A stretch of 64,000 nucleotides of DNA from a virus, in the IMG/VR virus record IMGVR_UViG_3300036770_008686, positions 32,001-96,000 of that record. One strand, given 5' to 3'. Under the pieces are notes generated by a model. It had not been told where the DNA came from, ran no database searches, and worked only from the letters and a program-made list of their open reading frames with translations. The position numbers and the translations under genes were made by a program. Below are positions 9,623 to 19,558 of the stretch, one piece after another; positions within the stretch are counted from its first letter, which is position 1, and every line of letters begins with the position of its first letter.

Positions 9623-9982
9623 CTAGATAACTCCGGCTAACACCAAAGCACTCTTAACAGTATTTGTATCACAATCTTCGCAGTAGCCTTGAGAACAATC
9701 CGGTTCTACTTCTGTAGTATAGGTGCAATCTTTATTTGTGCAAATACCAGGGCAAACACTATCAATGCTTGCTTCTTCAAGCAAATCCATTACATCCAAA
9801 CCTTCAATATCAGCTAAGTCTTTTAATTTAGACATTTTACTTTCCTTTCTCTTTTCCATTTCTTCTAAAACTAAAACTTCGTAACTAGGCACATACTCTT
9901 TTTCGTGATAAGGTTTAATTTTTTGACAAGCATACCAAAACCTTTGAATTGTTTCGTCGTCGTACTTTGACAAATCTCCCAT
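9623..9982 (-). CDS. hypothetical Zn-ribbon protein (possible second in-frame start at MSKLKDL)
   Basis: CPGICTNKDC...VEPD...CEDC; an internal RBS precedes MSKLK. Confidence 0.6.
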   Translation of the reverse strand: MGDLSKYDDETIQRFWYACQKIKPYHEKEYVPSYEVLVLEEMEKRKESKMSKLKDLADIEGLDVMDLLEEASIDSVCPGICTNKDCTYTTEVEPDCSQGYCEDCDTNTVKSALVLAGVI

Positions 9983-10026
9983 AATGGGCTGCGTACCTGC
10001 TTCCTATTTGAAATTAGTTTAAATTT

Positions 10027-10632
10027 TCAATCCCACCAAAAGCGAAAAACTTTAGTGTTTGGGTTTAATGGTATGTTTTTTGGGAAAATATTATTATTGA
10101 CAACGACAATGTAGTTGTTTCCTTCACAAGAATTATAAATTCTTCCGACACTATTAATTAATACTAGATTGCACTCATCTACAAGCATTTTTTTTGAAAT
10201 ATAACTTGAAGTTTGAAAGCTACTTTTTATTGTTTTTTGACTCTTAGTGCTAGGCTTTAGTGTTGATCCGTAGAACTTGTGTGGCTCAAATTCCGAATAA
10301 TTATTACTTTCAATATCTTCTAAAACGCTTTTTTCTTCTCTGCTTAATTTTGAAACAAAATAAATAGCAACACTACCTTCTCTTGCTATATAGACTTCTC
10401 CATTTTCATCTATTTCCTTTAAGTTTTCTAGAATATTTGGAGTGAAATTATTGTATCCGGTCATACACTCATTCAAAATGTCTATTGCTGTGTCAATACA
10501 AACTGGATTGTTTGAGCAGTAGTCCAACTGTCTTATTTTGCAAGCAACATCAAAGTCTAAAGTGCAATCAGAATATACTTTTTTGACTTCTTGATATATG
10601 CGTAAAAACTTTTGTAATTTATTTTTATTCAT
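10027..10632 (-). CDS. hypothetical protein
   Basis: 201 aa ORF ending FRFWWD. Confidence 0.65.
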   Translation of the reverse strand: MNKNKLQKFLRIYQEVKKVYSDCTLDFDVACKIRQLDYCSNNPVCIDTAIDILNECMTGYNNFTPNILENLKEIDENGEVYIAREGSVAIYFVSKLSREEKSVLEDIESNNYSEFEPHKFYGSTLKPSTKSQKTIKSSFQTSSYISKKMLVDECNLVLINSVGRIYNSCEGNNYIVVVNNNIFPKNIPLNPNTKVFRFWWD

Positions 10633-11177
10633 GTAGAAAATTGTATCGGATTAACTATAGTGTGTTTCTTTTTTGGAGTCTTTTTAAGAGACTTAAAGGG
10701 TCTGTACGTGGCGTACTTGTCTTGCTTTACTCCGTATACACTAACAATAAAATCTCTTGAAAAATTTACTTTTTTAAGTTGAAGCATTTGAAGCATATAA
10801 TTACTTCTCTCTTTTTTGAATAAATTTTTATAGTAATTCATATGCTTACTTCTTATATTGAATAGTATTTGTTTGTAGTTTTCTTCTTTACAAAAAACAA
10901 TATTCACCCCATCTTTTGATCTAAAAACAACTGCGTAGTCGGAGCCTCCTTTTATTAATTTTCTATAAATCTTTTCAACAACACTATAGTTTTTAACAAC
11001 TTTAGTGTTGTGAAGCTTTATTTGAAATCCATTTCTATTTTCCTTGACCACAGAAGAATCAAGGTTAATCAAAGATATTCTTTGAGAAACAAATTCTTCG
11101 AATTCTTTAGTTGGCAAAACAAAAGAACTCAGAAGACTTTTGTTAAAATTGGTTTTGGGCTTTTCCGTTGCCACCAT
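10629..11177 (-). CDS. basic hypothetical protein
   Basis: 182 aa; aaggaaaaagg RBS. Confidence 0.65.
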   Translation of the reverse strand: MVATEKPKTNFNKSLLSSFVLPTKEFEEFVSQRISLINLDSSVVKENRNGFQIKLHNTKVVKNYSVVEKIYRKLIKGGSDYAVVFRSKDGVNIVFCKEENYKQILFNIRSKHMNYYKNLFKKERSNYMLQMLQLKKVNFSRDFIVSVYGVKQDKYATYRPFKSLKKTPKKKHTIVNPIQFST

Positions 11178-11203
11178 AAGCCTTTTTCCTTTTTAATTTA
11201 ATC

Positions 11204-11316
11204 TCGTGGCAATTTGGTTGCCACGAACAACTCTATTGACTGTTGCTGAGTCTCAACCCCGTTTTGCTAAAAGAGCAACCTTAAAAGCAAAACATTAGTC
11301 AAACATTTTTGACTAA
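11204..11316 (-). ncRNA. candidate structured leader or ncRNA (tandem hairpins)
   Basis: Stems at 11204-11226 (9 bp), 11261-11293 (8 bp) and 11295-11316 (9 bp) in an ORF-free intergenic region. Confidence 0.35.
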
Positions 11317-11364
11317 CAAGGATGGGCCAACCAAATCTTGAACGTACTCGGATAGATTTTTTAA

Positions 11365-11763
11365 TTACTTTTTAACAACCTCATAATCATGTTCTTTTTG
11401 ACAAAAATCGCACAAGGTGTCTACCCAATTTCCTCTTTTACAATAATTTCCTTTTTTCCCGCAAAATTCACAGACATTATAAGAAAAGCTTTCAGCCATG
11501 TTTACAATTCCACTAATATACTCATCGCCGCCAGAGTAATATAGTCTAAGTCCGGCAAACTTTGATTTAATTTGAGTCCAATAGAAATCTATTTTTTTAT
11601 TTTTTGAATCAAGATGATCTAAATGATTCTGAATAAGAGAACATGCTGTGTGTATCAGGTCCGACCAACCTTCTCTGCATTCTATACCACTAGGTCCATA
11701 TTTAGAACCTATATTTTTAAATTGTTCAGGGAACTTTTGTTTAAAATTTTCAAAAACTTCCAT
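11365..11763 (-). CDS. conserved phage hypothetical protein with C-terminal Zn ribbon
   Basis: GIECREGW...QIKSKFAGLRLY...CEFCG...CDFC. Confidence 0.7.
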   Translation of the reverse strand: MEVFENFKQKFPEQFKNIGSKYGPSGIECREGWSDLIHTACSLIQNHLDHLDSKNKKIDFYWTQIKSKFAGLRLYYSGGDEYISGIVNMAESFSYNVCEFCGKKGNYCKRGNWVDTLCDFCQKEHDYEVVKK

Positions 11764-11858
11764 GCTTTAACCCCTTAAAATAAAAATTTTTAGTCTTACA
11801 AAAAATTTTAAAATCTACGGAAGGCTAATTAAAGGGATACCCGCAACCCTAGCGATGC

Positions 11859-12503
11859 TTAGCCTAATTTTGTTGTTTCTAGTTCGTCCAAACAAATGAA
11901 ATCTGTTTTATTAATGGTCATTTTCCAAGATTTATGGTAATGACCAAAAATCCAAATTTTTGGTTGATGAATATTAAATAATTCATTTAAAGCCCAGCTT
12001 GTATTGTTTTCATATATCCTGCTTCCAGGCGGCAGTAAGTATGGTATAAGCTCTATTGGGCAATCATGAGTTAAAACGATATCCGGCTTTATTGAGCGAT
12101 AAAGTTCTCTAGCTTTCATAAATTCTTCTATATTTAACTGTTCTTTTTCCCACCAATCTATTCCTATGGTACGATACATTCTATCTATACTATAGGCTCC
12201 TCTATAGTGAAAAAAATCTATTCCGTGGAAATTTACTGTGTGTCCGAAGTCGCCTAAATAATTTGGAACTTTTTCAACAATATCATAATTATCATGATTT
12301 CCTCCTATGAAAACGTGTTTCGTAGGATCAACATTTTTTAGAGTTTCGTAATCAAACCCAAAATCCCCCAATTGGACAGAGTTTGGATTCTTATTTTTTT
12401 CTCTTATTATTTCGTGATATCTACGATATTTGCCGTGAACATCACCTATGATTGTAACACTCATCGAAAAATTATACAATGTTGGTTGGAAAAAATCAAG
12501 CAA
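11859..12503 (-). CDS. calcineurin-like metallophosphoesterase
   Basis: GDVHG, QLGDFG, GGNHDNY, LTHDCP and FGHYH motifs; real start probably MSVTII. Confidence 0.9.
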   Translation of the reverse strand: MLDFFQPTLYNFSMSVTIIGDVHGKYRRYHEIIREKNKNPNSVQLGDFGFDYETLKNVDPTKHVFIGGNHDNYDIVEKVPNYLGDFGHTVNFHGIDFFHYRGAYSIDRMYRTIGIDWWEKEQLNIEEFMKARELYRSIKPDIVLTHDCPIELIPYLLPPGSRIYENNTSWALNELFNIHQPKIWIFGHYHKSWKMTINKTDFICLDELETTKLG

Positions 12504-12515
12504 AAAAACCGGAAC

Positions 12516-12899
12516 TTATTTAAGAAATTTAAGCTTATAAATTGTTTTATATGTTAAAGAAACAATCTCATCTAATATGTTTTGTAGATGATTTTCTTTT
12601 AAAGTTTCTCTAAAAACTTTTACTTTGCCACAAAAATCTTCTAAGTAAGAAACCATATCATCACAGTCGTTTGCAACCATTTTTAAATTGGTTAAGAGAC
12701 CATATTGGCCTTGATAGGTTTCCACAAAGTTATCTATATGATTTAAAAGATCGTTATAAAAATTTTCTAATGCTTTATGTTCGCTATAGCTTTTAGTTTT
12801 TAGGTGATAGTTATGAGAAACTTGCCTTGCTTCGAACATCTTTTCGACAAATTTGTTTATTTCTTTATTTTTAAATTCTTTTATATTTAACATAATCAT
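12516..12899 (-). CDS. ferritin-like phage protein (DUF5856-like)
   Basis: HNYHLKTKSYSEHKALENFY...DNFVETYQGQYG...YKLKFLK. Confidence 0.7.
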   Translation of the reverse strand: MIMLNIKEFKNKEINKFVEKMFEARQVSHNYHLKTKSYSEHKALENFYNDLLNHIDNFVETYQGQYGLLTNLKMVANDCDDMVSYLEDFCGKVKVFRETLKENHLQNILDEIVSLTYKTIYKLKFLK

Positions 12900-13414
12900 C
12901 TTTCATAATTAAACTTGATAAAATCTTTTTTGTATATTTTATATATTATATTTTTGTCTTTTTTAGTCAATTGATAATCATTTTTTTTTGTTGCATTCAT
13001 AACAGGCAATTGTTTTTTTTCCATTTTTAAAAATTCCATTAATTTATTAAAATCTTCTTGAAGATTTTCAAACCTGCCAATAAAGTCGGCACCATTAGGA
13101 AGCCAAAAACTTTGTGGCTTAAAGTGTTTTTGGTATTTTGAAGCAAAAAGAAGATTTTCTTTAATGAAATCTTCTAATTCATAATTTCTTAAAAAAAACC
13201 TCTTGTCTTTTAAATCATAATTATTACATCCGCCATTTTTTAAAAAGCGAAAACAACTTAAAAATCTATCGTAAGGATTTCTTACAAAAGAAAAAACAAA
13301 CGAGTTTTGATGTTTTCTTTTGTTGACAACCTTGTGTCCATTAATTGGCAAGCCCAACGTGCTGTTTATGCTTATTCCGCCTGTTTTTGGTATATGACAA
13401 AAAATATATTCCAC
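12896..13414 (-). CDS. sulfotransferase family 2 protein
   Basis: FCHIPKTGGISI, SFVRNPYDRFLSC, HFKPQS, FIGRFENLQEDF. Confidence 0.85.
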   Translation of the reverse strand: MEYIFCHIPKTGGISINSTLGLPINGHKVVNKRKHQNSFVFSFVRNPYDRFLSCFRFLKNGGCNNYDLKDKRFFLRNYELEDFIKENLLFASKYQKHFKPQSFWLPNGADFIGRFENLQEDFNKLMEFLKMEKKQLPVMNATKKNDYQLTKKDKNIIYKIYKKDFIKFNYER

Positions 13415-13421
13415 AAAGTAT

Positions 13422-13733
13422 TTAGTTATATGTTCTTTTGAATTCTATATTATTTTTTGAACAAAAAGTGTCTGTCGGCAATATAGAGTTTTCTTCTTCT
13501 TTAAACCCGCTTATATAGTTCATTTTCTCCAACCAAGAAAATAGTAAGTTTTCAAATCTTATTTGCTTGTGATATCTTGAATTAAATTTAAAACTTGAAA
13601 TATCTATTTCTATATCATTTATTTTAACTTTGATTTGATCTAATATTTCATTGTAAAATACAAAATTTTTTTTACTTGGATATGTTATTTCTATTTTTTT
13701 AATTTTTTCAAACAGTATTAAATTTTTATTCAT
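13422..13733 (-). CDS. hypothetical protein
   Basis: 103 aa ORF. Confidence 0.55.
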   Translation of the reverse strand: MNKNLILFEKIKKIEITYPSKKNFVFYNEILDQIKVKINDIEIDISSFKFNSRYHKQIRFENLLFSWLEKMNYISGFKEEENSILPTDTFCSKNNIEFKRTYN

Positions 13734-13937
13734 ATTCTTCCACTATAATTTTGTACTTTTTGTTTTTAACATAATCCTCCTTGTTTTTGGTCACTAGCCT
13801 TAATTTTTCATGAAGCTCATTTTCAAAAATATGAATAACTTCTTCTGGTTTTACTAACTCGCAAACTTTAATAAAGTTTATTGACTTTTTAGACATTCAA
13901 TACACCTATTATAAATCAAGTGTATTATAAAAAAAAT

Positions 13938-13964
13938 AACCGACATGTCAAGGACATGTCGGTT
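13938..13964 (-). terminator. intrinsic terminator of the HTH gene
   Basis: 12-bp stem aaccgacatgtc/gacatgtcggtt followed by a T-run on the minus strand. Confidence 0.8.
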
Positions 13965-13996
13965 TTAAAAAACCAATTTGATTTTTTAGAAGAAGA

Positions 13997-14275
13997 TCAC
14001 TTCTTCTTGCTAATCCGCTCAAGGATAGCCTTGGCGTCCTCGATAAGCGTGCTCTTGCGAACACCGCCCTTAAAACGAGGAATCTCCATCTCAACACCAG
14101 CCTCCTTAAACTTCTTGCGAAGTTGAGAAAGACGAACGGAAACGCTCGCCGGCTTAAGATTAAGATCCTTGGCACACTCCTCAACAGTCTTGCCAGCAGC
14201 AGCGTGCTTGGCAACACTCTCAAGGAAACGATCAAGAGGCACCGCCTCCTGTTCCTTAACACGTGGCATTTTCAT
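13997..14275 (-). CDS. small HTH DNA-binding protein (paralog of 54803..55054)
   Basis: TVEECAKDLNLKPASVSVRLSQLRK HTH; GGAG RBS; monocistronic. Confidence 0.7.
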   Translation of the reverse strand: MKMPRVKEQEAVPLDRFLESVAKHAAAGKTVEECAKDLNLKPASVSVRLSQLRKKFKEAGVEMEIPRFKGGVRKSTLIEDAKAILERISKKK

Positions 14276-14339
14276 GCTCTCCTATTTATAACCAACGGTT
14301 GCTGCCAACAACGTGTTAGCGACCACAACCACTCACAAC

Positions 14340-14368
14340 CCTATAACGTACCAGATCAGTATTGTAAA
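14340..14368 (-). promoter_or_regulatory. sigma70-type promoter TTTACA-17-TATAGG with GGTACG in the spacer
   Basis: -35 at 14363-14368, -10 at 14340-14345, CGTACC(+) at 14347-14352. Confidence 0.65.
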
Positions 14369-14414
14369 TATTTTTCAAATATTGTTTGAATTTATATTTT
14401 ATGACTTTTAAATA

Positions 14415-14447
14415 AAAAACCCAGCATGGGTCACATGCTGGGTTTTT
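14415..14447 (-). terminator. intrinsic terminator after the AAA/VWA operon
   Basis: aaaaacccagcatg/catgctgggttttt stem. Confidence 0.8.
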
Positions 14448-14578
14448 GTGTTTCGTATTCTCTTGCTTAGGAAATGATGAAAACTAAGCAGTCTAGGATT
14501 ATATCACCAGTTTTTGCTGACATCATTCTTCTTAGCAGGTTTTAAAACTGGCAATAAAAACACAAATTATGTATGCAT

Positions 14579-16435
14579 TTAATTGTATATTCTAATGTTT
14601 TTATTGCAGATCTGTTTTAAGAATCTTGTTATAATGCCGACAGAAGAATCTACATCATCTAATACAACAAAATTATTTTTTCCATATAATCTCCTTCCAG
14701 TACCTTCCTCAAAGGCACTACACACACCTATGCCATAAACTTCTGTTTCTAACTTAGATCTAATCATATTACAAACATTGTTTACGTGTTTTTCTGCACT
14801 TTCTCCGCCATAATAACTACCGCTAGGCTCTCCATCAGATATATGAAATAGTATTCTTCTGGTGTCAGGGTAATCTAGGTAAAACTTTTTAGCTACCAAC
14901 TCTATAGCAAGTCCATCTATATTTTCACTTTTAGCTTCTATCCGAACACAAGATTCTATTTTGTTATTTCTTGGAGTATAATACTCTGTTATTAAGCAAC
15001 CATCTACACTAGATGTTTCTGCTGTGTGTCCATATATGGATATAGGGAAATACTCTCTCAAACCTTCCGATAGGGCTATGGTGGCATTTATTGCCTCGAC
15101 ATATTTATCATCCATAGATCCACTTTCGTCAACCAACAGACAAACAGATATCTTTTTTTGTGATAAAACATCTGTTTTACTCATCACTCTATCGTCATTC
15201 ATTCTTAATTTATAAAGATTGTTTTCATCTATATCGCCAGAAAAGTGTCCATAAGAACTCACAGATAACTTATTGTTTATAAAGTAAAAGTTATTTTTAA
15301 TTCCCATTATTACATTTTTTAAGTCACTAACTTTTTGTAAGTATTCACTTTTATGTGAATCGTTAGCGCTTTTAATAACAAACTTATTTTTAAGATTGGC
15401 AATGGAACATTCATCGCAATCGACCAGAGAATCAGAATCTCTGCTAGTTGTCAGTTCAGATAAACGACAATCAACCTTATTAGAAACTTCCGCTCCGAAC
15501 AATTGTTCGTCGCATATTTTAAATTCGTTTATTTTAAGACGAGAGTTGCTAAAACCTCCACCAAATTCAGAATCAGATTTTGAAATCTTTTGATTTAAAA
15601 TTTTACTTATTTCTCTAACAATTTCGTTACAAGCTTTGAATCTTTGTTTTTCTGTGTCTTCTTTGCTTAAAATATTTTCCGCTATATCTAAACAAGCATC
15701 GTAAACATCTGGTATTTCCACGCTATTGTGTTCATGAACAAGATTCCACGATATGCCTAGAATTGCAGCATCTAAACTAGGGCTCTCTACGGAACTATCT
15801 AAAAACGCCTGAACTTTTATTTTGTCTGAGCTGCTATAGTCTATTTCTTTGACAACGTGCGGCATAAATCCACACCAATTGTTTTCAATAAAGTTTTTAG
15901 CAATATTTGTTTCTAACGACTCCCAAAGCTTAGAAATAAATATTCCAAATTTGCTATCTACTGAGTTTTTAAAAGCCTGAGATCTAGAGAAATCTTCTTT
16001 TGTTATTTGGCTGTGTAAAATTTTATAAAGATATACTTTCCCCGTAAGTATATCCACCATTTCCTCTTTAACCACAGGACCAATATCTGATTCTTCTAGT
16101 AAACTATTTGGCGACAAATAAACAAAATCACTTTCAGGTGAATTGTAGTTCTCGCCATTGCTCCACTTAACCTTTAAAAGTTTATCAGAGTTTATAACAT
16201 TTATACTAGTTTGTAACTGTTCTAGTAGTTTCTTATAGGCTATTTCTTTTTTGTCTTTTTTCTTGTCGAGCCAAGAATAGCCCCAATCGTAGTGACCTAA
16301 CTTTTCCATCCAACCCCTTGTGGGGTTTTTGTATGAGCTAGTCCACCAGCCTGAAGACTCTTTTTCTTCTTTATAAAAAGAATCTTTTGTTTTATATTTT
16401 TCAAGCCACCAATAATTTTTTTTAGTCTTAGCCAA
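14579..16435 (-). CDS. VWA-domain (CobT/NorD-like) MoxR partner
   Basis: LLVDESGSM MIDAS, GHTA, HISDGEP. Confidence 0.85.
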   Translation of the reverse strand: MAKTKKNYWWLEKYKTKDSFYKEEKESSGWWTSSYKNPTRGWMEKLGHYDWGYSWLDKKKDKKEIAYKKLLEQLQTSINVINSDKLLKVKWSNGENYNSPESDFVYLSPNSLLEESDIGPVVKEEMVDILTGKVYLYKILHSQITKEDFSRSQAFKNSVDSKFGIFISKLWESLETNIAKNFIENNWCGFMPHVVKEIDYSSSDKIKVQAFLDSSVESPSLDAAILGISWNLVHEHNSVEIPDVYDACLDIAENILSKEDTEKQRFKACNEIVREISKILNQKISKSDSEFGGGFSNSRLKINEFKICDEQLFGAEVSNKVDCRLSELTTSRDSDSLVDCDECSIANLKNKFVIKSANDSHKSEYLQKVSDLKNVIMGIKNNFYFINNKLSVSSYGHFSGDIDENNLYKLRMNDDRVMSKTDVLSQKKISVCLLVDESGSMDDKYVEAINATIALSEGLREYFPISIYGHTAETSSVDGCLITEYYTPRNNKIESCVRIEAKSENIDGLAIELVAKKFYLDYPDTRRILFHISDGEPSGSYYGGESAEKHVNNVCNMIRSKLETEVYGIGVCSAFEEGTGRRLYGKNNFVVLDDVDSSVGIITRFLKQICNKNIRIYN

Positions 16436-16466
16436 GATAAACTCCTTTTAAAATGCTTGTTTTATT

Positions 16467-17348
16467 TTATCTTGACCCTTTTAATCTAGGCTTGGCGGCT
16501 TTCACATCACTAACACCAAATTTACCTTGTATAAGTTGAAGAACACCAGCCCTTTCGCTAGTAGTTCCACCTTCTGAGCTAAACAAATTGCTAATGGTGA
16601 ATGTGAGACTATCCACTCCACCATCTACAAAATCTTCGGCTGCAGCGATAAGCTGTCTAGTTGAGAATCCCGATGAAAAGCTACTTGATATTCCAACACT
16701 CTTTTTTCTAATTTGGTTTGCAATATCAACTAGGCTTATTGCATCTTTTACTTCTACGCCTGTCCTCTTAATTAAGAGTTCGGCTTCTTTTTCTGGTGAG
16801 AGGTACTTTACCTCTACAACCCTACTAAATCTATCTCTTAAAGCATTATCTGTGGCACTGGTTCCACTGTATCCAGCACCTTCGTTCATGGTTGCAAAGA
16901 AAACAACCCCGCAGCCAAGTCTGATTACATCGTTTTTTTCTTCTAAATAAGTAAAGCCTCTGTTATCTAACAGAGGGAGCAAAGTATTCATCACATTAGG
17001 ATGAACCCTGTTAATCTCGTCAAGTAGAATAACAATGTTTCCGGCTCTCACAGCCCTATCAAACTGACTTTCATGCCAAACAACATTGCCGTTTTCTATT
17101 TTTTTGTAACCAAACCAATCCCTAGGCTCTCTTAAATTAGCACAATCCATAATCAACATAGGAAGATTGTGGATTGCAGCATAGTGCATGGCCATTTCAG
17201 TTTTACCTGCCCCGTGCGGGCCTTGCAAAAGAACTTTTTGTGTTTTTTTGCTTCTATTAGATTCAATTCTTTGAAAAAGATTGTTTATATCATCTTCAAT
17301 AAAATAAGTATCATTAACAATAGGATTGAAAATACCGTTATTCATCAC
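16467..17348 (-). CDS. MoxR-type AAA+ ATPase (CbbQ/NorQ/CobS-like)
   Basis: GPHGAGKT, ILLDEINR, ATMN, ALRDRF, STRQL. Confidence 0.9.
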   Translation of the reverse strand: MMNNGIFNPIVNDTYFIEDDINNLFQRIESNRSKKTQKVLLQGPHGAGKTEMAMHYAAIHNLPMLIMDCANLREPRDWFGYKKIENGNVVWHESQFDRAVRAGNIVILLDEINRVHPNVMNTLLPLLDNRGFTYLEEKNDVIRLGCGVVFFATMNEGAGYSGTSATDNALRDRFSRVVEVKYLSPEKEAELLIKRTGVEVKDAISLVDIANQIRKKSVGISSSFSSGFSTRQLIAAAEDFVDGGVDSLTFTISNLFSSEGGTTSERAGVLQLIQGKFGVSDVKAAKPRLKGSR

Positions 17349-17820
17349 TAACCTTTCTATAAATGGATTTTGGAAAAACTACATTTCTATTGTAATAACA
17401 TTCCATACTACAATAATTTTCTTTAATATTTTTTTTAGTTGGCTTATTAAGCGATATAGATTGTTGATAATTTGTTCTTTTAAAGCTATTCCCACAACTA
17501 ATGCATGTGAGATTTAAAAAAGAATGCTTGCTCCATTTTGCATCTTTTTTAACATTAATTTGAACTCTTAATGCCTGCCTACATTCAAGACTGCATGTTT
17601 TTGTTTTAAAAAAATCTTCTTTTTTACAAATTACACAAGTATTTTTTACTTTTTCGTGTCTTTCCCAAGGAATTTTACTTCCCTCTTTTTCGGCTTTCTT
17701 AAGCAGATTATATATTGCCTGTCTGCTTACGCCATATTCTTTTGCCAAAAAAGAGACAGAAACTCCATTTTGTCTCTTTGAAACTATTGTTATTTGCAAA
17801 CCATTTAAAGGAGTGCTCAT
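17338..17820 (-). CDS. HTH plus Zn-finger protein (homing-endonuclease-like DNA-binding modules)
   Basis: LAKEYGVSRQAIYNLLK, CVICK, TCSLEC, CISCG, YCSMEC. Confidence 0.65.
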   Translation of the reverse strand: MSTPLNGLQITIVSKRQNGVSVSFLAKEYGVSRQAIYNLLKKAEKEGSKIPWERHEKVKNTCVICKKEDFFKTKTCSLECRQALRVQINVKKDAKWSKHSFLNLTCISCGNSFKRTNYQQSISLNKPTKKNIKENYCSMECYYNRNVVFPKSIYRKVSDE

Positions 17821-18042
17821 TTTAAATATTTAAAAAAAATGTATAGTTTATAAGTTATTATTTAAAGGCAGCTTATTTATTTTGCATTCTTCTACAACTT
17901 TTGTGATTGTTATGCACAAAGCATAATTCTCTAGATCTTTAACGTTGGATAATTCACTATTTATTAGCTTGTTTATTTTGCTGCATATTGTTTCGCAGTC
18001 TAATCTTTTGTTCAGCAGAATTACCATTTTTAATTATTATTC

Positions 18043-18273
18043 TCAAGTATCAGACTGTCTTTTTCTTTTGAGAATATTGGGGTATTTTTTTCTTATTTCT
18101 TCTAATTGTTGTTCACAATAATTGCAAAGAGAATTCATTCTTCTTTTTACAAACATGTCATCAACTGGAAACTGCACCGTATGTTTTTTTTCACAGTAAC
18201 CACAAGGTTTTTTAATTTTTACAATACCATTTTCCAAAGAAAGTACAGAATATTTTCTTTTTTTTCTTCTCAT
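18043..18273 (-). CDS. small Zn-binding hypothetical protein
   Basis: MRRKKRKY...CGYC...CNYC; start moved downstream of the tRNA. Confidence 0.55.
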   Translation of the reverse strand: MRRKKRKYSVLSLENGIVKIKKPCGYCEKKHTVQFPVDDMFVKRRMNSLCNYCEQQLEEIRKKYPNILKRKRQSDT

Positions 18274-18389
18274 CGAGTTTTGCCCCCTGAAAGACAGCGG
18301 TATTGTAGCACGGACCATTTTTTTTGCAAATAGTTTTTTTTTAGAAACTAAAATAGAAATATAACCTAGTTTGGATAAGTTGCTGAAAA

Positions 18390-18463
18390 TAGGCCGACTA
18401 GGACTTGAACCTAGAACCCCCAAATTATGAGTTTGGTGCTCTAACCGATTGAGCTATCGGCCC
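18390..18463 (-). tRNA. tRNA anticodon CAU, probably Ile2 (lysidine); CCA not encoded
   Basis: GGGCCGA-TAGCTCAATCGGTTAGAGCA-CCAAA CT CAT AA TTTGG-GGGTT-CTAGG TTCAAGT CCTAG-TCGGCCT-A; lies 26 nt after the tilS stop. Confidence 0.92.
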
Positions 18464-18489
18464 ATTTTCAGAAACTTTTCACCTAAAAA

Positions 18490-19206
18490 TCATACCATAA
18501 AACTTTTCAATTTCAAGCTACTTTCTATTTTTCTTTTTGCGAATTTTTCAAGAGATAATTTATTTTTTCTCATCTCTGGTAAGATGGTGTTTCTAATCCA
18601 ATTTCTTCTACTACCTTTTGAAACTTTATTGGTTTCATCTTCTACTAAATATTTGTTGTAGTTATTTCTTTCAATAAATTGAATAAAGTCCTTTTTTTTG
18701 GTCAACAAAAATGGATGAATGATTTTAAACCTAGACTCACCAAAGTTAAATTCACTCTCCAACTCAATAGGAGTGTGGTTTGGATGTCCTCTAAAGCAAT
18801 TTAGTAGATAACTTTCCACATAATCATTAAGATGATGTGCTGTGATGATCGTGGGTGTTAGATCTCCTAAATAAAGAACTTGTTTTGCAAAAGCAGAAAT
18901 ATCTTTGTAGAATTCAATTCTTAAATTTCTAAAATCAGCTTCTGTATGACATTCTTTGGTATCTAATGTAAGCGTTGGACTATGGGTAATAAAATCGCTC
19001 TTTGTATTAAAATCCTTACAAAACTCTAAAAACTTTTTTTCCATTAAATCGTTTTGAGGGCGGAGCTTGTGGTTAAAATGAACAGGAACAACTTCATACC
19101 CAGCAATTTTCATCCAAATAAATGCGGCTAGACTGTCCACGCCCATACTTAAACTAAATAAATATGGTTGTTTTTTATCCACAACTTGTTTAATAATTTT
19201 AATCAC
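18490..19206 (-). CDS. tilS: tRNA(Ile)-lysidine synthetase, short form (N-terminal catalytic domain)
   Basis: SMGVDS PP-loop variant, HFNHKLR, TAHHLND, CFRG, HPFL, EDETN, RRNWIR. Confidence 0.85.
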   Translation of the reverse strand: MIKIIKQVVDKKQPYLFSLSMGVDSLAAFIWMKIAGYEVVPVHFNHKLRPQNDLMEKKFLEFCKDFNTKSDFITHSPTLTLDTKECHTEADFRNLRIEFYKDISAFAKQVLYLGDLTPTIITAHHLNDYVESYLLNCFRGHPNHTPIELESEFNFGESRFKIIHPFLLTKKKDFIQFIERNNYNKYLVEDETNKVSKGSRRNWIRNTILPEMRKNKLSLEKFAKRKIESSLKLKSFMV

Positions 19207-19536
19207 TTAGCCACTGCTTCTCATTTTCTCGTTAAAAGTTCTTAAAAAAGGAACTATTTTATTTGGAATTCCTATCTTAACAGTTTTAACTTTTTCTTCA
19301 AAATTATTTGTAACTTTATCGCAATTTTCTAAATCCATGGTATCTTGAATATCTTGAAGTTCTTCTAAAAATTTTTCCACTTCAAAACTTGGAACGAAAC
19401 CAGAGCAAAATTCTTCATTTTCAGAAATTTTCAGTATCATTTCTGCAAAGTTTAGTGCCCATTCAGGTGCTGTTTCTATATCCTCTCTAGATAAAATACC
19501 TTTTTCGACTATTTGAATCCTAGTTTGTTCATTCAT
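19207..19536 (-). CDS. hypothetical protein
   Basis: 109 aa ORF. Confidence 0.6.
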   Translation of the reverse strand: MNEQTRIQIVEKGILSREDIETAPEWALNFAEMILKISENEEFCSGFVPSFEVEKFLEELQDIQDTMDLENCDKVTNNFEEKVKTVKIGIPNKIVPFLRTFNEKMRSSG

Positions 19537-19558
19537 TTAAAAATTTTTCTAATTAGAT

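Noticed and set aside
13948-14262. Arg/Leu-rich 104-aa ORF
   Set aside because: Alternate frame of the HTH gene, which has the RBS and a paralog.
18274-18423. N-terminal extension of ORF 18043..18423
   Set aside because: Runs through the tRNA; the real start is likely 18273.
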